64,000 bases of DNA from Tubulanus polymorphus. Its lineage: Eukaryota; Animalia; Nemertea. A program made the position numbers and the translations under genes. Numbering within the stretch: the stretch's first letter is position 1; every line of letters begins with the position of its first letter. Positions 52,001-64,000 of the stretch are shown in pieces. The notes beneath the pieces are model-generated. The model was not told the DNA's origin and did no database searches. It worked only from the letters and a program-made list of their open reading frames with translations. The DNA lies in contig NC_134029.1 of NCBI RefSeq assembly GCF_964204645.1, positions 17,602,950 through 17,666,949 on the forward strand. Direction: 5' to 3'.

Positions 52001-54265
52001 GTGCTTTGTGAGGATGTAAGTTTATTTTGTAAGACTTTCGATTTATAACATTTTTTCATTCAAACCATATAGCATATTTCAAAATGTGCGATCTCCTTTT
52101 AATCGAGGACGTATAGGAACATCGCGATTAACTTATACCAATGAACCTTTCATATGAACCTATTTCCATATTAGAATTTCACGTTATAAATACAAGGAGA
52201 CGAAGAGTACTTTATAGGTTAACTCATTCATTAGACGCACGAGCTTTCGCTACTAGCGTATAGAAGCCTCGTCGGGTGAATGAGAGCATTCACCAGATGA
52301 ATCTTCTATACACTAGTGGCGAAAGCTCGTGCGTCAGTTAAACTAGTTAACCTATAAAGTACTCTTCGTCTCCTCGTATCTATTCTCCACCCCTCTGCAA
52401 ATTACTTTTATGTTCATTATATTTTGACCGTAATTAGTAGAATTAGAATACAAATAAATTGATCCTTAAAATTGTATTTTTTCTCATTCCATTGATTATG
52501 GATTTTATCTTCTCTGAATAATTGGGGATGTAACCGAGGGGATTTTTACCTACATGCATATAACTGATACGATGTATTTAGGCCATATCCACCTGGGACA
52601 ATTCCCTATTGAAAACCACATGACGGTAAATAAGGGTAAAATGAACCTAGTTTTGCTAAATCATTATGTTAATGACAATTCATGTAAATGGTTGTTTTAG
52701 ATTTTAGGCCCGTATAACTTCACCATGATTACAAAGCTGAAAATTCATTCTGTATTATGAATTCTATTTTGTTCTCCCTCAGGTATTTTCAGTTACTTAG
52801 AATATCCTGGTGCCAGTTTTATAGGTATCTTTAACCCGGGGTTTACTAAATTAAAATTGAATTGAGTTAGCCCCCGGGTTAAAAATAATACCAGTCTATA
52901 AAACCGGGCCCTGGTATTTTCCCCTTTAGTAATAAGAACCTCTTTTTGCCTACATTCGTTCAGAACATTTCCAAAAACTTGTGGCGCTTTTACGGACACT
53001 CTAGTATGATAATCAGTTGGAGGCCACCATTTTCTCTAATAATCCCGTCTATTGTTTCAACCACGAATAGAGTCGATTGGAGTTCTACCACACAATAGTT
53101 CATAAGCCAAATCCCAATTTACTGCGGGGCATCGAATTTAAAATCCCGTTCAATGCTTGGACCCGGTTTAATAGACCGCTATTGCCTTTAAGCTGGGGGC
53201 TAACTAAATTGAAAATGCGGCTAGGTTAGCCCTCGGGCTAAAGGTAATACCAGTCTATAAACATCATATTTCGCAATAGACGCATTAAGAAATATTCTTG
53301 AAGTGTGTCCATTTGTAATCAAGACCGCCTTATTTTACATTTCAGGGATTGGTTACGGGTTAGCCTACACGCCGTTCGCTATCATTCCAGCCACATACTT
53401 TCCGGATAAACCAGCCCTCACGACCGGCCTAGCCATATCAGGAATGGGATTAGGCTCTGCCGTAATGCCCATTATCATTGAAACATTCATCGAGTTGTTC
53501 GGCTGGCGTGGATGTATTCTTATACTGGCCGGAATCAGTTTCAACATCTGCGTATGCGGAGCAATGATCAGACCCTTGGCGAAGACCGATATAGAATCGA
53601 AGAGCAGAATATTCGATTTAAAAATTTTCAGATCATGCCCGTATCTAGTTTTTCTAGCGCACGGTGTATTATTCGCAATGGGTCTATCGATTGTATTCGT
53701 TCATTTAACCGCCCTCGTCGAATACCAGACGCACTGCAGCAAGTTATACGCCAGTCGATTCTTGACTGGTTTCGGTGTTGCAAGTTTCTTGGGACGGATA
53801 TGTCAAGGATTATTTTCTCACTTCACAAACGCCCACATATTTACGCAATTTCTATCGGCTTACACAATCGCCGGTGTATCTCTCGTGCTATTAACGACGA
53901 CCAATTCATTTTGGGTAATGTTCGTATACGCCGGTATTGCAGCTTTCATGATAGCCCCTTACGGCACCTTAAGTCCGGCCATCCTATCAGAATTAATCGG
54001 TCGTAATAAACTCACTTCGGCATACGGTTACTACAATTTAAGCGGTGGAATAGGATTGGTTCTCGGTGCGCCGGTTGCGGGCTGGATTTACTCCGCATCT
54101 CAGGATTACAAATTCTCCTTTTATTTTGCAGGAATTGCTATTGTTTGTTCGGTAATAATTTTAGTTCCAATATGCTGGAGTAGTTTCAGCAAGCGGTTTC
54201 CTAATAACAGGGAGGCTGCCTACCCACTAAGCCCACTTCATTCCAACACGTCAGAAGGCGAATAA
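49035..54265 (+). CDS. Monocarboxylate transporter (SLC16/MCT, MFS); exons 49035-49209, 51188-51331, 53346-54265
   Basis: WMVVLSAF..VGGVSYSCSIFYVEWLETF; GPVSSVIANRVGFR; LMFSFGILTGIGYGLAYTP..YF; FGWRGCILILAGISFNICVCGAMIRP; GAPVAGWIY. Phase-1 GT-AG introns at typical SLC16 positions. The start codon is less certain. Confidence 0.9.
50875..51039. mobile_element. Tc1/mariner-like MITE
   Basis: CAGTAAACTTCGCCTTACTCCGACA / TGTCCGAATAAGATGAAATTTACTG. Confidence 0.6.
52190..52379. mobile_element. Second palindromic hammerhead-bearing element (degenerate cores)
   Basis: Same layout as 21700-21894. Cores read cac-CAGATGA..GAAAGCTC-gtg (+) and cac-CCGACGA..GAAAGCTC-gtg (-). Confidence 0.75.
52807..53262. 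repeat. Two related ~105-bp palindromic mini-MITEs (~52807-52912 and ~53158-53262)
   Basis: Shared TAAATT.AAA.TG..TTAGCCC.CGGG.TAAA..TAATACCAGTCTATAAA. Confidence 0.55.
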
Positions 54266-55145
54266 ATAACTGAACTTATTTCATCTCACCAGCCTTGGAG
54301 TATTTAAAAGCAAACTCGGGTACATTATTTTTCTTAATTAAAAGACGATTTTGAATAAATTCATTTTTGAATGATATGGACGTATCATCTTATTCTGTTT
54401 TCATCCCACTTAGGTCATCTTACGAAGGTCAATTTAGGTTTGAATTCTTAGAACTCTAGCGTCTTTATGGTTTGTCATATTGCACAAAAATTTAAGATGT
54501 GCATACTAAGGGAAGAGACGGGTTTTTCGATCAGTCGATTGCTATGTAGTCAGTGGCCATAGTTTCATCAGTTCACATTCGAATGTGATCTGGGCAATGG
54601 TTTTTTAAAGAAAATTTTAACAACTTATACTTCAGTCAGGATATTCGATAATTGTTACCACTGTCATCTAGAACACATTTCACATGGTGTTTTATCTGTA
54701 TTATATACAATGGAGTTCTTTATCAGCAGGTCTATCTTGCGCAACCAATGAACCAGGTTCGGTCCAATTTTTGGGTTGCAGATGTGTCTAGGTTTATCCT
54801 ATAAACCATCTATTAGGCCAATACACCCAGTGTGTCAATACAATAGTACTGAAGAATAATCATAAACAAAATATGCCCATCATTGATATCAATAAATCAC
54901 TTTCATGTGTATAGAATAAATATTCTGATATATTTCATTATTCAGAGAAGTTTAGCACAAGAAGAAAACATTATTATTTCGATGTAAATCATCTCAAGCC
55001 TAAACTTGATTGTAAACAGCATGTTTGAAATTAATAATTCAGGACCCAATTTCACGAAGCAGTATTCGCTAGAATAGAACAATGAAAAAATTAACCGACA
55101 ATACTCCTCTAAACAGATCTGTGTCAGACTTATCCAAATCAAATA

Positions 55146-58100
55146 TTAAGAATGTTTAGTAACCATGTACACCAGCGTATCGCCTAGTTGAACTGATTTT
55201 CCATTTTCCATCAAACTAACAGTCCGTAATTCGGTATTGATACTGAAAGCGGCAGTTTGACTGATATCAACTTTCCCAAGTTCTGGCTGTTCAAACACTG
55301 GCATTTTTCTTGGCCCTGCAACAGGATCTTCATACCGTAACATCCTAACTGGTGTATCTGTAAATTCAAAACGAGAAAGATATTACTCATTAGGAGGAGG
55401 ACTACCCTGGTCATTGTCGACGATTCATCCCGATTTCATCGATTCAAAGATGCATAAATGATGATGATAGAATCCATCTCATCGTACTAATTGCTGATTC
55501 GTAACGTCTCGTAATCTCTAGCAATTAATCCTTATTGAATTGAATTGGCTGATGTGACTGTCAAGGAGTTAGTATTGTGTCAATGCGTAATCAAAAATCA
55601 ATCAAATTCGTTACATACATGTATATTTACTTTAGGCTTAGATGATCATCATACAACTTTTTCAAGGTCACGACCAAAAGAGATAATCGTGTTGTAAGAC
55701 AAAACAATGAAATTATGAGTCTGATGACGGCAGGACTATCTAGGTTCAATCTCAACATCTACAAATATCCGGACAAACCTGTACGATTTTAGAATTTAGC
55801 CGACCAATATTACAAGAATTCAATCCCCAACAAACAACGAAACATCGCATAAAGCCTCAGCAAGTTCATAAGATGTTACGATGTTTCACTCCCATGTTAT
55901 ACGATAATCTATCATTGTTGAGATAATATCATTAGTAGGTCCCTACTACACCATCCCATGATTCTAAGAATTCCTGCAGAAGCAGTGTCTACCATTTCAC
56001 ATCTTCAAACTTTTAGTACCGTAACTTAAATTCCCATTTCTACATTTCATCTGATATCATTGATCAGGTGAAATGAAGTATTAACTGTGAGAATTTTGTA
56101 TACTACCATTCATGCTTCAAGATAGTAAACCAAAACCTAAAGTGCTGAATACCTTGATTTCATCAACTGATGAAATGAAAGCAATTGCCCAAATTGGGCA
56201 AAATGTACGTTTCAAGCGGATGACCTTCCAATGTAAAGACATATTTCGATGATATAAATTTGATAAAATGCACATTTTTTGTCTGATCAATACCTTTTAT
56301 AGATTTATCAAGATGACGAATTTTAGTGACAATTTTGTCTACGGTGTCATCCTGCCTGATGGGAACGGTTAACTGGAAGTGACCATTATGAGGCTGAGAG
56401 TTGATGAACATCACTGGTACTGAAGGCTGAAAATGTAATATGAGTATGTTATTGATGTTATATTTCATGAGTAACTTTCATCCTAAAATCAACGTTTTCA
56501 TAAAAAGCTGGTTCAAATTTGACTCATTTAAGGCTAATTTTTCAATATACATTTCGCACTATTTGAGTTAATGTCTCCTATTCAGAGTGTTTCGATCATT
56601 TCGTTTCCTAATAATCAAGTAATTGTTGAACATCAAACAGTTTTTGAGATTTGATATTACATCGTTCTAAGAGGGTACAACCGAGTATGAAGCAGTCGAA
56701 CCCAAGGACATCAATTCTAATTGGCAATATTTTCTTTCATTGCATCCATAACAACTTTTTACTGGTCAGGACATCTGAAAAAAGTTTGTCGTTGAGAGAA
56801 TTATGTATCTGCACCATGATTCTACTGTGCAGGATAGGAGCATGGCAGGTACCCGGATTCCAATCGGCCCAATATGCTGTCTTGTTATAAGATGGAATAC
56901 ATATTGGAAACTTCAGAAATAACCGCCAGAAAGTGCTGTGGAATGGCTGTGAATTAGCTATCTAATTATGGATTGGATTAAATCGATATATATGCCATCT
57001 AAGCTTCACACAGCATTAACATCAGCTTCGAGGCTTAAAACTTACCTCAGCTCTAAATACAATAAATGGTTCACCCGGACAACACTCTTCTTTGTTTTTC
57101 TCATCGCCTTCTTCAGAAAACCGTACAGAAATACCTTCCACCTAAAAATTGACGAGTACAGGTAAATAACCTAAGAAACCTATAACATCAATGGTACAGG
57201 TATTTCCTTAATTTACAGACAATCTCTTCTACTTGAAACACTAGAAGTTCAGGGACACTACGCCCACTCAAAAAAATGGTGTGAAATGCTTAACAAAAAA
57301 AAAACTAGGGGTCAAGGGACACCATGCCACTTTGAAAGTGGTTTCAATGCTCAATAATTTCAACATTCAACGCCCCCCGGTAATTATATTAAATAAAGGT
57401 CCAATGGCCCTGTGGCTCACCATTAAATCATTTAGTGCATATATTGTCAAAAATATTATACTAAATATAAATTAATTTGGACTGAAGATGTGAGGCAGAC
57501 AATATATGCGCCTGCGGATGTGTGAGAGAGCTGCGTATATTATCATTGCCGAGTCACTGTGCTATACATAGACTCGCTCAGGTGATTACTAACACACATA
57601 CTGTAACCTATATTCGCACACACGCGGCTGACTGCTGACGCGATATATACAAATGTACTAGCAACGCAGTATTAGATTGGCCGTAATTTCACAAGTCAGA
57701 ATACCTCCATCCACAAAATGTCAAAAACATACAAACATATACGGACTTTTTTTCTAGAAATAAAAAAAATACCGGCTATGATTTTTTTCTTAAATGACTT
57801 GGAAGACCTACTACGAACCCTGTCATTGGTATCGTCATACTTGCTAGTTCAGAATTGCAACTGAATTGAATAGCGTACTCGCTTATATTCGTGTCAACGA
57901 ACAAATTATGAGCAAACGTATGATACCTAATCGAATAAAATGTTCGCCATTTTGTCTTGGGTTTCACATAAGGCTTTCCCAATGGGCTTTCCCAATTACA
58001 TCAGAGGCGCCGAAATTCCCGGAATTTCCCGTATATCCCACAAACAGCCAATCACATTCATTGTAGCTCAGGTTACAAGGTCAACTAAAATAAATAGAAG

Positions 58101-61100
58101 CGAGGATATTTAGGGGGTTTATAAAGAGAGGGCCTGTAGGTCGAAAAGTACATTGAGATCACTCGAACTAAAAACGGCGACACTTCCCGGAAGGATTGAA
58201 CTTTAATATATTTCAATTGCAAGCATGAAAATTGTCATATATAAAAACGTGCCATTACTTAGTGCTAAAAAGCAGGGTTTTTTCAAGAATAAGTCCCCTA
58301 AAAATAACTCGATCACTATGAAATTTTTGTGGGCTCGAGAACTCATTAAGCCAAACCATGAAACCAAAAATCAACACAATCGGTTCAACAGCCAATGTTT
58401 GTGCCTTGTTGACACACCGGTACTCTATTCCTTTTCAATGAAAACTGCTTCATCAGACCGTTTGCATAGGCAAACCTACGGTTCGCCAAAAACCAATGAC
58501 CTTGAAACTCACCACATAATATAACATGTCAGCAGCTACAATTTTGCAATTAGTTGTGATAACAATATACCAGTATGCCTCGATACCGATATAATAAGGA
58601 AATACTTATTTATTCTACTATTCAACGCCCCCTGCTGACCATATACAAAACCCGATGACCTTGAAACTCACCATAATCATAGAACATGTCATGAGCTACA
58701 ATTTAGCAATTGATTAAGGTAACAAAATATGCCTAGGTATCAATATATTAAGGAAGTACTAAGTTATTGTATTATTCAACGCCCCCTGGTGGCCAGATGC
58801 AAAAACCAATGACCTTGAAACTCACCACAACCATAGAACATGTTATGAGCTACAACTTTGCAATTGATTGTGGTAACAAAATATGCTTAGGTATCAATAT
58901 AATGTGGACAAAACTTTTTTCCACCTATGAATGAGTACTGATGACACCAAGATGGCCGCCAATTGCGTCATAATTGGCCGATCAAAAATACCTCTTAGCT
59001 GTTGAAGATCCCTTTCCATAAAATAGCCACCACAAATTTCAATGAAAAATGGCAAACCAGTAGGAAGCTACAGGACTCAGAATTTGGGCCAAAATTGACA
59101 TTTATTGGCACAAAAAAGGTCACAGGACCGCCATCTTGTGTCCGATCGACCCAATGTTTTCATATGCTGATGAAGCCTTGGGGGATACAAATACATATGA
59201 AAGATCAAGATAATTGATCAAAGCGTCTTCAAAATTTCCCTTGAAAACTTGAAATATGTGTAAAAAGTGCTGATTTTGGCGAACAACAATGGCTGCCAGT
59301 CGGTCATCTTGAATCTGACAGGGCCAGTTTTTGAGCTGAAGATGTGTCTAGGATAGATACACGTGTAACCCAAATATACAGACATTGCCTAGAAGTGTCT
59401 TCAAAACTTCCCAAAATAACTGGATTCCGTCTACAGACGAACGGACGGACGACGGACAAAAAGTGAACACAATATCCCGCTGGGACTAAGTCCCAAGTGG
59501 GCTAAAAATAATTTAATTGTTACCTCTAATGTATTTTGAAGGTATTCTCTATTCGTTTCCAAAACCTCTTTCTCACTAAAGCCTAACATCAAGTTGAGCG
59601 CTTTGATGCCTTTCTTTTCTAGACTTTCCTGCAAAAATTTTGCAAGTCTGAATTGATATATCATCAGAATGTAAATAAATTCTTTTCAATGTCAGAGAAA
59701 ATTGAAACATCATACCCGTATCGTTTGTACAAACGGCATCACTCTTTTCATATGCTTTTTCAGATCAGGTTTATTCTTCCATTCTTGTGCAATCACTTTC
59801 ATATCAGGCAATACATTGTTGTTACCCTATAATGAAAACCAAAGTATGTGTGAAGTTAAATGTCTTAATCATACAATAATGTATGATTAATCCTTTCATC
59901 ATTCAAATCGAATTACAGCAAAATGTTTTGCATTGACTTTACACGGGCCAAATAGTCCCAGTCAGCCAGGAACGGATAGCATCGTAATGAATGAAATTTC
60001 TATGTATTGGTATCTAAAGTCGAATTTTATTTAATCCATATAAACTGAGGAACCATGAGGAAAAATTCCTGAAAAATATACCTTGTGTTAGCACATCAAC
60101 ATTAAACCACTTAACAGGCAATGAGCAGAAACCCTGTCTGTGTCAATCAATCATTAACTTTTAAGCAGTTACACTTAGCCTTACTCAGGTTGACTTACGA
60201 CCCGACTAGATCGTCGTAAGAATAACAGTTGTACACACATGGCCGCTGACTCTTTGTCTTACGATCTGAAGAACACTTAGGTTAACTACGACTCGATCAT
60301 CGAATATAGAACTCGTATTATCCTTGCGATCAGTCTACGATCAATCCGTCGCGGTCGTAAGTTTATTCATGTCAAGAAAGTTCTCGATTAAAAAATCTCA
60401 AACTCGCCTCCTTCCGATCCAATGATCTGATTGACCTGAGCTTAGCTTTAGCCTTATTCAAGTCATAAAAGACTATCAGATCGTCAGATCTAAAGGATAA
60501 CTATTCACCAATTTTTCAGTCATGGAATCTTTGTGATGACATGAGATGTTCTACTTTTAACGACCATCCAATTGGGTCTTATACATGCCCCGAGTATATT
60601 TGAGATCTGACAAACGAGTCTTGGCCGAATTGACAAATTGACTCACGACATGAGATGAGTGTTCTTTAAACACTGACACAGATTATTTACCTGGTAAAGG
60701 GATTTCAGTGTCGTCAATACAGTTGCCTGCCATGGTGGATACGTTTTTGCAATCCAGATCGTACAGTGAGTTGGCTTCTCAACTTTTTGCACAGCACCTT
60801 TCTAGAAATACAGAAATTTTTCATCAGCTCAAATACGGAATATGTACATGTACAAAATTATCGTCAATTTTTTTTAAGAAGACTATTTTCCAATTTAAGT
60901 GGTCATTGTTTCAATGTATTCAATTAGAAATAGGATTCTTTCATGATTTTCTAGCCGCAGAGACACAAAATTTCAGGATCCTGGCAGCACAAAAACGGAA
61001 TAAGATAATCAGAAACTGATATCTAGATTTTTACCTTTCCTTTCACTTGCATAGACTTTGATTTCCTTAGACGAAATTCGTGAGCAGCATCAGACAAATA

Positions 61101-63917
61101 CTGAGCAGATTGTAAGAGAATTTCGTCAACTTTACCAGCTGTAGGCCATCTTGCATTCATGATACTTTCATTCTAAAAGTATAACAATTTACGAATTAAA
61201 CTTCGATCAAAATTTCGACGATGGAAATTCCTACGCCAGTAACCTGTCAAGTTCCATCATCGATGTATTTAGAATTATTAAAGTGGATTCAATCAAATAT
61301 CGGTTTTAAAAATCATGATCTATTTTCATCTTTGGTATGTAATTTTGTACCAAAGTGCTTTTTAAGATGTAGCAAAATAATCATGAATCCTAAAGTCGGT
61401 ACCTGGACGGCATACGCATTAAGTGTACATGACTCATAGCCAGCACTAGGAAATCATTTTCCTGAGTAAATCGAAATGTAGCATCCAACAAGTCATTTGA
61501 AGATAATCACAACTTTCAAAGATTATTAGCTTGATTTAAAATGCGACTACATACTTATCAAAGGAACTATGATTTCAATATGGAAAAGAACATTAGTTAA
61601 TCAATACTATTCGTTTAAGTCCATAAATCCAAAATTTACCTTGTTGAGAAGTTCCCAGATATATTCGCACAAATGTGGACAGACAGGCGACAGAAGCAGT
61701 GTCTGTACTTCGATAAATCTTATCACAAGATCTCGATGCATTCCATTAATGCTCAGCTCTCTATATCTATCCCTAGATGCCTGATTAATATCAGCGTAAA
61801 AAGATTAAACCATTATTTCTTACAACACAACATTTTCACTCTTTACGTGTTCACTGCCTTCATGATCCTTCTCAGTTTCCACTTTGAGGTATTAATATTG
61901 AATTGATAAGCATTGAGGATGAACAGTCATTATATTGAATTGACCAACGAGCATTGAGGATGAAACATTGACGTTGACGCTGCCACAGTATGAACATCAA
62001 ACAGTGAGTATAAAGGATCAGCTGAGTTTACTGGTAGTGGGAATGACGGCAGAACTGGGAGTGCAAGATATCTCAAAGATGATAGTGAAAGTGTTATAGC
62101 GTATATACTTGGTACATTGATCCTGCAATCTGAAGGTTTTTTAAGATATGATTTGTAATCTATCGGGAAACCCTGATAATGAGTCTTAGCATCGAGCCCG
62201 TTTTATACCGTGGTAAGGTATCAAAAGCTGAAACCAAGGTCAAAAGCATTGATTGGCCCAGTATCAATACGAACATCCTTACGTTTCTCCATTAAAATGG
62301 CCCTAACCCTGACAAAACCAAAGATAGACCTCATCAGCCCAAGTATCCCTAACCATAGATTAGCTGACGCTTAAATAGTTAAATGATAAAAGCTTTACTA
62401 TGTAAAGAGTAATGACATCAGAACCCTAACCAGTCAATGAAATAGGTAAATTTATCTGTCTCGGTATGTGACCTTGGCAGTCATTGAAAATTTTCAAACA
62501 TGATACATTTCAGTCATTAGTACCTAGGCATTCCTATAAGTATTAGAGCCACATGAAATCTCAAGGAAATCATAACAAATCAACTGCCACCTTGAGTTAT
62601 CTCCACTGTAATCCACTACCCCTATACAGCATCTATCCCGTGATGATGCTGTGTATTCATATAACTGTTGATATGTTGAAATCTCTACCGGAATATGGCA
62701 ATGCATCTGTCAAAACATTTTATGTACAGCATGGGATATCTTGTGAATTCACTGAGGGGTAACAGAACAAAGTGGAACATTTTTTTCCAGGAGCATAGGG
62801 TGGTAAACTACTGTTCCTTTTATTCATTATTCTATTCTGAATGAAAACCCCACCCCCAAACTAGAAGAATGATCATGGCAGTGTATTTGAAGTAGCAGTC
62901 ATTTATTTACCTGAAACTCGAAGAAGCCAATTCTGCAGGCTGCACTGTATAACATCTTCTCATAGTTGTCTTGACATTCAATGATACACTTATTAATTTC
63001 ACTGAAAAAATAGCATCGATTTTCGTTCAAGATATACACGAGCTTCCAAACTTACTTAATTTGAGGCCAAATTGTAATAACAAAGAGCAAAATTTTCAAC
63101 CCAAATATACTAGAAGTCGTAAAATTGCTTCTCTTTGCATCTTATTTTCAAAATAATTCCGGGCGCATATTCCCAGGACCTTACATTTGCATGAGCACCT
63201 AACAAAAAGTTCTGTGTTCATAAAAATCGTAACCCTCCAAAAAGATGGCTGGCTACAGGCCTGATATCATCGACACACAAACCAGGGCAAGAACTTCATG
63301 TGTACATTTACCTTTCAAATACTCTATCGTGGTACGAGTTTGTGGGTCCGATCCTCAACGTTTCTTTAGTTTCCAATATTTCTTTAACCCATTCTAAATA
63401 CGCATACAACCTCAACAATCCAGCATCAGCCATTTTCTCCACGAAGTTAGCATCTTCAATATGGTCTCCAGCAGTCGCGAGAGCAAAACGCATTCCTAAT
63501 CAAATCAAATACGGATACATCATTCGATCCTTTTCAATATATTTTATGATATAACACAAAATTGCTACTTAAATTGAGTTACCAACCATTTTCGTCACAA
63601 GGACTAGTCACTTAAGAATGGTATGAAGTCCACGGTGTTAAAAAGACCACCACCCTGAAGCGAAATTCATTAGTACACTCACCATCTGCCGAAAATTTCC
63701 CGATTGCATCTCGCAACGTCAAGAAGTTACCAGTAGACTTAGACATCTAGACAAAGAATCAAAGAAATATTAGTTCCTAAAGTACATGGTAACTGATAAA
63801 TGAAGGCAAAAATAAAACGAAGACAAAAATCCATGCGACACTAATTCATCCCGTTTTACCTTCTCAGAGTTCAGTAGTAAATGTCCATTGGCTCGTATAC
63901 TTTGTGGCCACTTTGAC
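55146..63917 (-). CDS. LARS1: Cytoplasmic leucyl-tRNA synthetase, 3' half (gene continues beyond the window end); about 13 exons visible
   Basis: Exons translate [18 protein letters not shown]|[22 protein letters not shown]|[30 protein letters not shown].., [50 protein letters not shown] signature spans the intron between ~63860 and ~63748. Confidence 0.96.
57305..59508 (-). mobile_element. HINE with 154-bp units in a LARS intron, interrupted by a second HINE-like element
   Basis: CTAGGGGTC.AGGGACACC end at 57305; tandem units resume at ~58492; terminal palindrome GGGACTAAGTCCCAAGTGGGCTAAAAA at ~59482-59508. Confidence 0.85.
57391..58491 (-). mobile_element. Unrelated ~1.1-kb HINE-like insert nested in the HINE
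   Basis: One end is AATAAAGGTCCAATGGCCCTGTGGCTCACC; the other is the hairpin GGCAAACCTACGGTTCGCC-AAAAA. It splits one 154-bp unit. Confidence 0.55.
60175..60450. mobile_element. MITE-like inverted repeat
   Basis: AGCCTTACTCAGGTTGA..TTGACCTGAGCTTAGCT with internal ACGATC/GATCGT repeats. Confidence 0.45.
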
Positions 63918-64000
63918 CTGAATAGAAAGATAGATTCTATTTCTAGGTTGGTCTGAGAAATGTCAACAATGTTAGTAGCTAACTACTTACTTATCGTTTG

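Noticed and set aside
33005-54265. anmK, GT31 and MFS transporter as a sugar-utilisation cluster or bacterial contaminant
   Set aside because: GT31 and SLC16 are ordinary animal families, the genes are spliced and kilobases apart, and nothing indicates co-regulation.

Overview
AT-rich, intron-containing animal genomic DNA, most consistent with a marine invertebrate; it is not prokaryotic and has no CRISPR array. Host genes in order: 3' end of an SRCR-domain type I membrane receptor (+), a frameshifted intronless rhodopsin-type GPCR pseudogene (+), eIF3j (+, 9 coding exons), a bicistronic MOCS2A/MOCS2B locus (-), an intron-containing bacterial-type anhydro-N-acetylmuramic acid kinase gene (anmK-like, -), a divergent GT31/B3GALT-like gene with an extra C-terminal hydrophobic helix (-), an SLC16/MCT transporter (+) and the 3' half of cytoplasmic leucyl-tRNA synthetase (-). 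Introns and intergenic DNA hold many transposons: two decayed LINEs, a 5.8-kb non-autonomous Academ-type element with ~1-kb TIRs, several Helentron-type HINEs carrying 154-bp tandem arrays, a hAT-like insert with a 6-bp TSD, tRNA-derived SINEs and many MITEs. The most notable signals are the spliced anmK-like gene and a ~195-bp palindromic element, present twice, with a Penelope-type minimal hammerhead ribozyme on each strand. All calls come from manual reading and translation; no database searches were run.
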